NCBI RefSeq assembly: GCF_030064895.1 | Contig: NZ_JASJEB010000014.1 | Coordinates: forward strand, 20,945-52,944 | Direction: 5' to 3' | DNA from: Crocosphaera sp. | Lineage (GTDB): Bacteria > Cyanobacteriota > Cyanobacteriia > Cyanobacteriales > Microcystaceae | Length of the DNA stretch: 32,000 nt | In this document: piece by piece, positions 1 through 7,975 of the stretch | Layout of the letters: each line of letters begins with the position of its first letter | Numbering within the stretch: the first letter of the stretch is position 1 | Made by a program: the position numbers and the translations under genes | The notes under the pieces: model-generated | The model's input: only the letters and a program-made list of their open reading frames with translations | Databases searched by the model: none | Told to the model about the DNA's origin: nothing

Positions 1-1
1 A

Positions 2-898
2 GCCGTGGAACTGATTATTTATGAGTTTGATTTGGCTGAAAACGTGAGAATGTTCGTTGAACCGGTTGGGGGTGCGTTTGATGACTTTGTTCCTACTGTC
101 AACTTCCTCGACGGTGACGGTGCAGCCGGGGCTATTACTGCCTTTGGTAGTCGTAATCCTCTCTATTATATGGGTGAAGGGCCTGGTATTGGTTTCCAAG
201 GTCGTCTTTTTGAGGTATTTGAGTGGAGTGGGGGTTATTTAGCTACCGATGCTCAAAACCCAGGTTTAGGTGCAGGTTTGTTTAATGGTCCCTATGGGTT
301 AATTGGACAGTTTGCCTACGAACCCAGTGATAATTTTAAAGTAGCGTTTACCTATGTTCATGGTTACAATAATCTTGACTCGGGAACAGGTACTCGTCGC
401 TCTAATTTTCAAACTTTTATCGAAGAAGAATTTGAAGACTTTGAAGCTGCTGTTAATACGGTCAATAATTCTTATGGTGGAGAATTTACTTGGCGTGTTT
501 GGGATAGGTTTGTCTTAGGCGGTTGGGCAGGTTTTACAACTACTAGAACCCTCGGTGCGATCGATATCGGTCCCGATGATGATGTTATCCAAAGAGGTCA
601 ATTAGATATTTGGAATTGGGCGGTTACTTTAGCTTTTCCTGATGCTTTTAAAGAAGGAGATACGGGGGCTATTATTGTTGGGATGGAACCTTGGGTTTCT
701 AATGCGAATATTAATTTACCGGATGATTTGACAAGAACGGATCAAGATAGTTCTTTTCATATTGAGGCGATTTACGAATATCCTCTTAACGATAATATTG
801 CTATTACTCCTGGCATTATCATCATTACTGAACCCGATTTTGATGACAGAAATGATGCTTTAGTTATCGGGACTATTCGGACAACATTTACCTTTTAA
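2..898 (+). CDS. Outer-membrane porin, C-terminal part (cyanobacterial OprB/SomA-type, 'iron uptake porin'-like); 5' end lies left of the window
   Basis: The frame is open to the window edge. The sequence is Gly/aromatic-rich with an alternating beta-strand pattern. It ends ...IRTTFTF, and a C-terminal Phe is typical of beta-barrel OMPs. Confidence 0.7.
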   Translation, partial: AVELIIYEFDLAENVRMFVEPVGGAFDDFVPTVNFLDGDGAAGAITAFGSRNPLYYMGEGPGIGFQGRLFEVFEWSGGYLATDAQNPGLGAGLFNGPYGLIGQFAYEPSDNFKVAFTYVHGYNNLDSGTGTRRSNFQTFIEEEFEDFEAAVNTVNNSYGGEFTWRVWDRFVLGGWAGFTTTRTLGAIDIGPDDDVIQRGQLDIWNWAVTLAFPDAFKEGDTGAIIVGMEPWVSNANINLPDDLTRTDQDSSFHIEAIYEYPLNDNIAITPGIIIITEPDFDDRNDALVIGTIRTTFTF

Positions 899-975
899 AC
901 CTTTACGAGGAGAGTTAATTATGGATTCTACTTAATACAATAAGACAGCTTCAATAATGGATAAAACTCTCCTCG

Positions 976-1004
976 GTAGGGATAATTGAGTAAATTATCC
1001 CTAC
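976..1004. promoter_or_regulatory. Perfect 11-bp-arm palindrome GTAGGGATAAT-TGAGTAA-ATTATCCCTAC. Its core gataattgagtaaattatc (981-999) resembles a Fur box. It could alternatively be the porin terminator hairpin.
   Basis: Read directly from the sequence. The outer arms GATAAT...ATTATC match the Fur consensus GATAATGATAATCATTATC at 12 of 19 positions. It ends 29 nt upstream of the feoA ATG, and no T-run follows. Confidence 0.3.
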
Positions 1005-1032
1005 ACAGAAAAACATTGTCTCAGGTCAAACA

Positions 1033-1281
1033 ATGGAACACATTGTCAACACTTATTTAAGAGAACTATCAGTTGGTGCTATTGGTTATATCGTAGGGTA
1101 TGACAAGGTTTTTAAAGGTTATCAAGGTAAATTATTGTCCATGGGATTAACACCAGGGACACAATTTATGATCATTCGTCAAGCTTCACAAAATTGTCCA
1201 ATTATTTTAGAAATTCAAGGAAATTTAATAGGATTAAATCAACCAGAAGCGGATGCTTTGTGTGTAGAAGAAGTTGACTAA
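1033..1281 (+). CDS. feoA: FeoA-family ferrous iron transport protein (small SH3-like domain)
   Basis: 82 aa, the typical FeoA length, with typical motifs (L..L..G....I......G....LL.MGL.PG......). No feoB follows. Confidence 0.8.
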   Translation: MEHIVNTYLRELSVGAIGYIVGYDKVFKGYQGKLLSMGLTPGTQFMIIRQASQNCPIILEIQGNLIGLNQPEADALCVEEVD

Positions 1282-1369
1282 GTTGTGAAAAAATATCTTA
1301 ATTATATTTTTTTTATTTTATAATATAAGAATTTATATTCCCTAGTATAAGACCTATTATCAAACTCCA

Positions 1370-1537
1370 ATGAAAACTATTGAAACTTTCTTTACATTTA
1401 GAGAAATTGCACCTACTCCTACTCCTTATAGTTTGGTTGATGCGCAACAAACAGGGGGGACCGTAGAAACAGGCTACAATTATAGTGATGCTGTACTTAA
1501 GGAAAAAGAAGCTTTAGCAATGTCTTATCCTGCATAA
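1370..1537 (+). CDS. Possible small protein, 55 aa (MKTIETFFTFREIAPTPTPYSLVDAQQTGGTVETGYNYSDAVLKEKEALAMSYPA). Not in the supplied ORF track.
   Basis: ATG-to-TAA ORF found by manual translation. A weak hairpin plus T-run (aagacgcggttttcgtcctattttt, about 1553-1577) lies downstream. No recognisable family. Confidence 0.2.
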   Translation: MKTIETFFTFREIAPTPTPYSLVDAQQTGGTVETGYNYSDAVLKEKEALAMSYPA

Positions 1538-1852
1538 CACATTAAACCAGTAATAAGACGCGGTTTTCGTCCTATTTTTAGCTAAAAAGAAATTTGCTAC
1601 GGTAGATTGTAGTGATAGTTTACCCCTACAACATAAAAATCTATAGTCTAGGTTGATGAAAATGCTGTAAAAACACCACAGAAAAGAGTTTTCTTGTATA
1701 ATCTAATTTGACAACTCGTCATACCCATATAGTCGGTCATTAGTCAAGGTTTCTCTGTTAAAAATATGAGAAAGAACACCTTTGAAAATCCCCCATACTT
1801 TTATTTAGTAGTTAAATGCTGATGTTTCCTACTTCTTTAAGGAGGTAATAAA

Positions 1853-3166
1853 ATGATGAATACCTTGACAAATCAAGATTTACAGATTTTCCAACAAGAG
1901 GGAAAAATGCCTAAAAGTATATACCAGCAAAATTGGTCAAAAAACTTAATTCGGCAAATTTATTGTCTTTTAAACTCTGATATTAATCCTCAAGAAAAAA
2001 TTGCTGAAATTTTAGCGTTAATAGGGGAAATTTACCAAGTTGATGATGTAGTTTTAGTAAGGAAAGAATCATCCACTGGTAAAATTCACAGCACTTGGGG
2101 TGTTAATGATAAAAATTGGCTGGAGAATTTTATTAGTAAGCGATGGTCGAACCTAGTTAACTGTAATCAAAAATATCAAGTTTATCAATTTTCTCAAGAA
2201 GACCTTATTTTTAACGACTATCAGAAACTTACCTACTGCAAGGAAACAAGAAATAATGATAATGAAAAGCTGTGCTTCTGTATTTTGAATATACCTTTAT
2301 ATGTACATCAGAATTTGTTTGGTTATTTAATATTACAAACTAAGCAATATGAGAGAACTTTTAACTGTGAGGAAATAGATAATTTAGAACTTGTTAATAA
2401 TCAAATTGCTATTGCTATTCAGCAAATTCAGTGGCAAGAAAAGATAAACAAAATTGAATCAGAAAATCAAGAACTAAAATCTTGTAGTGATAACAAAAGC
2501 GATTACTTTTCTCATGTTAGTCATGAATTAAGAACTCCTCTGGCTGGAATTTTAGGCTTGTCGAAGATGTTAAAGCAAGAAATATACGGACCTTTGAATG
2601 AAAAACAAAGAGAATATGTAAATGGAATTAGGGTATCAGGAGAGCATTTATTAGCCTTGGTTAATGACTTTTTGGATATTTCAAAAATAGAAGCTAATAA
2701 AGAAGAATTATTTTTAGAAACCGTTGCAGTTGAAGATATTTGTTTAGCAACAATATCTATTGTTCAACCAAAAGCAGATGAGCAAAATATAGAACTTATT
2801 TTTAAGTTAAGTGAACAAGTTGATTTTTGTACAGTTGATCAACGAAAAATTAAACAAATCCTGATAAATTTGATGTCTAATGCTATTAAATTTACAGAAG
2901 AAGGTTCAGTTACTTTGCAAGTAGAAAAAGTGGATAACTGGCTTAATTTCTGTATTATTGATACAGGAATTGGCATTAAAGAAGAAGATCAAAAGAAACT
3001 ATTTCAACCCTTCCAACAAATTCATAGTAAACTGAGTCGTAAACATAAAGGAACAGGTTTAGGGTTAGCTTTATCGCGCAAACTTGCCCAACTTCATCAA
3101 GGCGATCTTACCTTAAAATCGGAATATGGTAAAGGCAGTTGTTTTACTCTAGAATTACCCTTTTAA
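1853..3166 (+). CDS. Sensor histidine kinase (N-terminal GAF-like region, HisKA, HATPase_c)
   Basis: H-box FSHVSHELRTPL, N-box LINLMSNAIKFT, G-boxes DTGIGI and GTGLGLALSRKL. Strong SD aaggaggt lies upstream of the ATG. Confidence 0.85.
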   Translation: MMNTLTNQDLQIFQQEGKMPKSIYQQNWSKNLIRQIYCLLNSDINPQEKIAEILALIGEIYQVDDVVLVRKESSTGKIHSTWGVNDKNWLENFISKRWSNLVNCNQKYQVYQFSQEDLIFNDYQKLTYCKETRNNDNEKLCFCILNIPLYVHQNLFGYLILQTKQYERTFNCEEIDNLELVNNQIAIAIQQIQWQEKINKIESENQELKSCSDNKSDYFSHVSHELRTPLAGILGLSKMLKQEIYGPLNEKQREYVNGIRVSGEHLLALVNDFLDISKIEANKEELFLETVAVEDICLATISIVQPKADEQNIELIFKLSEQVDFCTVDQRKIKQILINLMSNAIKFTEEGSVTLQVEKVDNWLNFCIIDTGIGIKEEDQKKLFQPFQQIHSKLSRKHKGTGLGLALSRKLAQLHQGDLTLKSEYGKGSCFTLELPF

Positions 3167-3366
3167 AGTTTCATGAGGAGATGGGGAGATGGGAGAAATC
3201 ATTAGATAAACTATTATCAATCAAAGAAAATTTGCAACTTTGGGAAATTTCCATCAATCCCTTTGTATCTAGAAATATTAATGGCTACTATTAAGTTGCT
3301 CATAATAGTTTACGCTGCTATTTGGTACAATAGGGGAAATAGTTTAAAACATTGTCTTAATATAAA

Positions 3367-4197
3367 ATGCTGACCGATAAATTAACCCAATTACAAACAA
3401 TATTTAAGCAAATGGAAAGGGCATTAATTGCCTATTCCGGGGGAATTGATAGTACATTAGTTGCTAAAGTCGCTTATGATGTCTTAGGCGATCGCGCTTT
3501 AGCTGTCACTGCGGTTTCCCCTTCCTTACTCCCCGAAGAATTAGAAGATGCAAAAATCCAAGCAGCTACCATTGGGATCACCCATGAGTTGGTCAATACT
3601 CATGAAATGGATAACCCTAACTACACTTCCAACCCCATCAACCGTTGTTATTTCTGCAAAAGCGAACTCCATGATACCCTCAAACCCTTAGCCTTAAAAC
3701 GGGGTTATCCCTACGTTGTGGATGGGGTTAACGCCGATGACTTACGAGACTATCGGCCCGGTATCCAAGCAGCCAAAGAAAGAGGCGCGCGATCGCCCTT
3801 AGCAGAGGTGGGAATAAGCAAATTAGAAGTACGTCAACTCTCTCAAGGGTTAGGGTTGCCTTGGTGGGATAAACCGGCACAACCCTGTTTAAGTTCACGT
3901 TTTCCCTACGGTGAAGAGATTACCATCGAAAAATTGCAACGGGTGGGACGTGCAGAAATTTACCTACGCAATCTAGGTTATCACAACTTAAGAGTGCGAT
4001 CGCAAGGAGACACAGCGAGAATTGAGTTAACACCTGAAAAAATTAAAGAATTTGTGGCTACCACAGATTTAGACAAATTAGTGGCTAAATTGCAAGAATT
4101 AGGCTTTATATATGTCACCCTTGATTTAGAAGGGTATCGTAGTGGTAAATTAAATCAGGAAATTGTAGGAAAAAATCTGGCGAACACGCTAAGCTAA
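3367..4197 (+). CDS. larE: ATP-dependent sacrificial sulfur transferase LarE / TIGR00268-type PP-loop ATPase
   Basis: PP-loop SGGIDS near the N-terminus, a conserved PCLSSRFPYG Cys motif, and a length of 276 aa. Confidence 0.75.
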   Translation: MLTDKLTQLQTIFKQMERALIAYSGGIDSTLVAKVAYDVLGDRALAVTAVSPSLLPEELEDAKIQAATIGITHELVNTHEMDNPNYTSNPINRCYFCKSELHDTLKPLALKRGYPYVVDGVNADDLRDYRPGIQAAKERGARSPLAEVGISKLEVRQLSQGLGLPWWDKPAQPCLSSRFPYGEEITIEKLQRVGRAEIYLRNLGYHNLRVRSQGDTARIELTPEKIKEFVATTDLDKLVAKLQELGFIYVTLDLEGYRSGKLNQEIVGKNLANTLS

Positions 4198-4231
4198 CGA
4201 ATAATTATTAGTCATAAATGAATCCTAAATT

Positions 4232-5143
4232 ATGACAAAACGGGCCCTCCTTCTAGTTAACCGTCACTCTCGCAAAGGACAAAGAAATTTTGCCCAAGCG
4301 GTGGATGTTCTCAACAATCTTGGTTTTGAGTTGATTGTCGTCCCCATAAAATCTTCTCAACATTTACCCGAACTCATACAAAAACATGGACGGAAAGTGG
4401 ATTTAGTGATTGTGGGAGGGGGGGACGGAACCCTTAACGGGGTGGTTGATAGTTTGATGGATATGAACCTCCCGTTAGGGATTTTACCCTTAGGAACAGC
4501 TAATGATCTCGCCCGTACCCTGAAAATTCCTTTGAGTATTCCTCAAGCATGTCAAGTCATTGCAGAGGGACAATTAAAATATATTGATCTGGGTTGGGTG
4601 AATGGTAAACACTTTTTTAATGTGGCCAGTTTGGGGTTAAGTGTCAATATCACTGAAAAATTATCCAAAGGGGCCAAGCGTCGTTGGGGTGTTTTAGCTT
4701 ATGCTTTCACTGCTCTGCAAGTGATTAGTCAAACCCGTTCTTTTCACGCCCATATTATGATCAATGGGGAGAGTATTAAGGTAAAAACTATTCAAATAGC
4801 TGTGGGAAATGGACGGTTTTATGGAGGAGGAATGGCTGTGGCCGAAGATGCTACTATTGATGATCAAAGATTGGATTTATATAGTTTAGAATTGCAATCT
4901 TGGTGGCAACTGTTTCCCCTTTTATGGCGACTTCCTCAAGGACAACATGGGAATTTACCTTGGGTGAGAACTTTAGACGGTGAACATATAGAGGTTCGTA
5001 CTCGTAAGACGCAAGAGATTAACACAGATGGGGAGATTATTACAGCAACCCCTGCTATTTTTCGGGTGATTCCCCAAAGTTTAGGGGTTTTTGTGCCAAG
5101 AAATTCTTTAATTGAGTTAGAACAGAAAAAACGCCCTAATTAG
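4232..5143 (+). CDS. Lipid kinase of the YegS/BmrU diacylglycerol-kinase catalytic family
   Basis: DAGK_cat signature VIVGGGDGTLNGV and LGILPLGTANDLAR. About 300 aa. Confidence 0.8.
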   Translation: MTKRALLLVNRHSRKGQRNFAQAVDVLNNLGFELIVVPIKSSQHLPELIQKHGRKVDLVIVGGGDGTLNGVVDSLMDMNLPLGILPLGTANDLARTLKIPLSIPQACQVIAEGQLKYIDLGWVNGKHFFNVASLGLSVNITEKLSKGAKRRWGVLAYAFTALQVISQTRSFHAHIMINGESIKVKTIQIAVGNGRFYGGGMAVAEDATIDDQRLDLYSLELQSWWQLFPLLWRLPQGQHGNLPWVRTLDGEHIEVRTRKTQEINTDGEIITATPAIFRVIPQSLGVFVPRNSLIELEQKKRPN

Positions 5144-5146
5144 GGC
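5125..5146 (-). terminator. Intrinsic terminator candidate for cp12. The 16-nt perfect palindrome CGCCCTAATTAGGGCG is followed, on the minus strand, by TTTTTT.
   Basis: Palindrome at 5131-5146 and A6 run at 5125-5130, read directly. It overlaps the stop codon of the convergent lipid-kinase gene. Confidence 0.4.
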
Positions 5147-5172
5147 GATAACTAAATAATTGAGGATAATTG

Positions 5173-5266
5173 AGTCATTTCATTTATCATTTAACATTTA
5201 TCATTCGTTTGGAAGTAGGTTTGAAACCAAAATGTTCAATGTTCAATGTTCAATGTTCAATGTTTG
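5173..5266. repeat. MITE-like dispersed repeat, copy A. Contains (ATGTTCA)x4 and ATGATAAATG-type subrepeats.
   Basis: Its reverse complement aligns almost base-for-base with 29518-29660 (copy B), apart from indels. Confidence 0.7.
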
Positions 5267-5274
5267 GTCAAGAA

Positions 5275-5493
5275 TTACACATCATAAATTCTGCATTCGT
5301 CTGCTTCGGGGTGTTCTTGACAATATTTTTGAAAGTTTGTGCGGTTTTGTTGATGAGACACTTCTGCAAACAGTTCTTCTACTTCGTCCCATGCTTCGGC
5401 AGCTTGTGTCGTGTTACCTTCAGAAGAGAGTTTACGGGCTTCTTTGAGTGCTTCGTCGATACGTTCTTGGAATCCAGCGTTGATAGTAGTCAT
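5275..5493 (-). CDS. cp12: CP12 (Calvin-cycle GAPDH/PRK regulator), variant without the N-terminal Cys pair
   Basis: Core motif AWDEVEEL and C-terminal Cys pair C-QEHPEADE-C-RIYD. 72 aa. Confidence 0.9.
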   Translation of the reverse strand: MTTINAGFQERIDEALKEARKLSSEGNTTQAAEAWDEVEELFAEVSHQQNRTNFQKYCQEHPEADECRIYDV

Positions 5494-5595
5494 AATCTTT
5501 CTTGTTCACACCAATTTGATTAACTTACTTTTAAGTTAACCTGGACAACTTTGATGTTACCTCGCTTAACTGGTTCACCCAGTTGGGTGAATGTT

Positions 5596-5793
5596 TGTGG
5601 GGAGTATGGGAAGTTTGGCAAGTTTGGGGAGTTTGGGGGGTGTGGGGAGTGTGGGGAGTATGGGAAGTTTGGGGAGTTTGGGGAGTTTGGAGAGTGTGGG
5701 GAGTGTGGGGAGTATGGGAAGTTTGGCAAGTTTGGGGAGTGTGGGGAGTATGGGAAGTTTGGCAAGTTTGGGGAGTGTGGGAAGGGTGGGGAG
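5596..5793. repeat. Tandem nonamer array, about 22 units, consensus (G/T)TGGGGAGT with GGGAAGT/GGCAAGT variants. G-rich on the plus strand.
   Basis: 9-nt periodicity read directly. All three plus-strand frames and one minus-strand frame stay open across it (ORF-track artefacts). Confidence 0.9.
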
Positions 5794-5851
5794 ATTAATT
5801 TACAACATTATTTTTTCTTTCATGTTATTTTGAATTTTAGTTTGTATAAAA

Positions 5852-7975
5852 ATGAAGAAGATGAAATACAAAAATATAACTTTTCTGAAATTGTTTGTCT
5901 TATCTCTTAGTTTATTTTTATTATTAGATATTCATCTTTTTAGTTATTCTCAACAACTGTCTCCTGAATGTCAAAAGTTAACTAATGATATTGAGAATCG
6001 GGCAAGAAGTGATGCAAAAGCCGATAGATTTAATATACAAAATTTAGAAGCGATTCGTAGAAATATTGGAGACTTAAAAAATTTGTTTGGAGAGGAAAAT
6101 AAAGAACATGATTGTTATACTACTAATGAAATTTTGAACTTTTATGAATCAGCTTATGAAGCTCATAAATATCCTGGATTTGTACCTTTTATTGTCATTT
6201 TTTTACTAGGGGGTATTCTCTGGGAATTTATTAGACAAAATTTAATTGAAAGTGCCAGTAAAAAATTAGGAGAACTTTGGGAATCGATTTATCAAAAATT
6301 TGCTGGAAATTCTTTATTTTTAGGAATTGCTCTCAAACGTTATAACGAAAAACTGATTGAAGATTATCAATTATTACCAATTATTTTTACAGGAAATCAG
6401 TTAAAGCTACCGATGAAGGATATTTATGTTCCTTTAAAAATAGCTGATTCATCCGATAGAGAATTACTGAATATTAAAAGTATGATTCAATCTCATCGTC
6501 GTTTGATGATTACAGGAGAACCTGGATCAGGGAAAAGTTTATTATGTAAATATTTGAGTTTGAATTATGCTCAAGAAGGATTTGATTATTTAACAGATAA
6601 ACCTATTCCCATTATTTTAGAATTGTATCGAGTTAGTGATAGTGAATTAACAGTTGACAAATTACAAGATGCTATTATTGAAGCATTTGATAGTAGAGAC
6701 TTTCCTAAAGCAGATCATTTTGTTGAACAACAGTTAAACAATGGAAAATTGATGTTATTGTTAGATGGATTGGATGAAGTAGCAAGTCAAGATCGTTCTC
6801 ATGTTGTACAAATAATTCAAGATTTTTTAAAAAAATATGATCAGTGTCGAGTAATTCTTACTTGTCGCGTTGCCGTTTATCAATCACAGTTTAATCAATA
6901 TGTTGATCAAACTTTAACCTTAGTTGACTTTGATGATGAGCAAATTAGACGCTTTTTACGAGCATGGAAAGAATTATTTCCCCCTGATCATTCCAGGGAA
7001 CAATTAATTGCTTCTTTGCGAGAACGTCCCCAAATTTTACAAATGGCCAGAAACCCATTAATTTTAACATTAATTGCTTCCCTTTATACCGATCCAACTT
7101 TTGTATTACCCCATTCTCGTCTAGAATTTTACAATAAAGTAACGGATCGATTATTAGAGTTAAGAGATCAGGAACGTCCTTACTTAGAACAGCATAATAA
7201 ATATCGATTATCTGAGAAAAAAAGTATCTTACAAAGTTTAGCGTTATATGCTCAAAATCACCCTGATAAATTTGGAGGTAACCGCAAAAGTTTATCTTTT
7301 AAAACGGTTCGCGAAGAAGTGAAAAAAGAACTATCTAGCCTCAGTCGTACAGACAATGATATTATTCCTATTATTGATGAAATTGTAGAAAGAAGTGGAA
7401 TGTTACAGAAACTAGATGGAGGAGAAAATTATATTTTTTCCCATTTAACTTTACAAGAATATTTTACCGCTTTAGCTATGCGAGAAGAAGGAGAAACTCT
7501 CATAAGTCGCTTTCAAAGTGATCCCGATAGTTGGCGAGAAATTGTTAAATTATGGTGCGGTTTAGTTAATGATAGCACTGATGTAATTAAAGCCATTTAT
7601 GACAAAGATAAATTAACAGGATTTGAATGTTTAGCAGATGCTGCCAAAATCCAATCAGAGGTAGAAAAAGAGATTCTTGAAAATTTAAAGTCAAATTTAG
7701 AAAACGAAGCTTTTCATAAAGCATTTGCTGTAGTTGCAGCCGATGTTCGGCCAAGGGGTGAAGCCTTATTTTTGTTTCTAACTAACATTTTAAACCATGA
7801 AAATGAACCTTTATCAAAGCGAGAAGCAGCAGCAAAAATACTCTCAAAAACTAATTTACCAAAATCTGCAAGAGCATTAGGAAAACACTATAATAAACTT
7901 ACTTTTATTCGTAATTTATTAGTAGATATGGGAGATGTGGCACTACCGGAGTTAGAAGAATGGACAAACAAATAA
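5852..7975 (+). CDS. Membrane-anchored NACHT/STAND P-loop NTPase with C-terminal HEAT-like repeats
   Basis: - Walker A GEPGSGKS (6518-6541)
- Walker B LLLDGLDE (6755-6778)
- NACHT-type FSHLTLQEYFTA motif
- Two N-terminal hydrophobic helices (aa about 11-30 and 108-126) bracketing an ~80-aa loop with 2 Cys
- C-terminal alpha-repeat region. Confidence 0.85.
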   Translation: MKKMKYKNITFLKLFVLSLSLFLLLDIHLFSYSQQLSPECQKLTNDIENRARSDAKADRFNIQNLEAIRRNIGDLKNLFGEENKEHDCYTTNEILNFYESAYEAHKYPGFVPFIVIFLLGGILWEFIRQNLIESASKKLGELWESIYQKFAGNSLFLGIALKRYNEKLIEDYQLLPIIFTGNQLKLPMKDIYVPLKIADSSDRELLNIKSMIQSHRRLMITGEPGSGKSLLCKYLSLNYAQEGFDYLTDKPIPIILELYRVSDSELTVDKLQDAIIEAFDSRDFPKADHFVEQQLNNGKLMLLLDGLDEVASQDRSHVVQIIQDFLKKYDQCRVILTCRVAVYQSQFNQYVDQTLTLVDFDDEQIRRFLRAWKELFPPDHSREQLIASLRERPQILQMARNPLILTLIASLYTDPTFVLPHSRLEFYNKVTDRLLELRDQERPYLEQHNKYRLSEKKSILQSLALYAQNHPDKFGGNRKSLSFKTVREEVKKELSSLSRTDNDIIPIIDEIVERSGMLQKLDGGENYIFSHLTLQEYFTALAMREEGETLISRFQSDPDSWREIVKLWCGLVNDSTDVIKAIYDKDKLTGFECLADAAKIQSEVEKEILENLKSNLENEAFHKAFAVVAADVRPRGEALFLFLTNILNHENEPLSKREAAAKILSKTNLPKSARALGKHYNKLTFIRNLLVDMGDVALPELEEWTNK

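Noticed and set aside
5160-5523. Plus-strand ORFs 5160-5447 and 5170-5523
   Set aside because: They run through the MITE-like repeat and antisense to cp12, which has unmistakable CP12 motifs. Their translations are low-complexity and Phe/Leu/Cys-rich.
5596-5793. Possible CRISPR array
   Set aside because: The units are 9 nt and directly abutting, with no unique spacers. No cas genes are nearby. This is a simple tandem repeat.
5520-5910. Four overlapping ORFs through the nonamer array (5520-5765 minus; 5551-5910, 5583-5798 and 5591-5833 plus). They encode tripeptide-repeat proteins such as PNFPYSPHSP... and GEYGKFGKFG...
   Set aside because: A 9-nt tandem repeat keeps all of these frames open by construction. 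Several frames are open at once, there is no start context, and one ORF overlaps the NACHT start out of frame. They are repeat artefacts.
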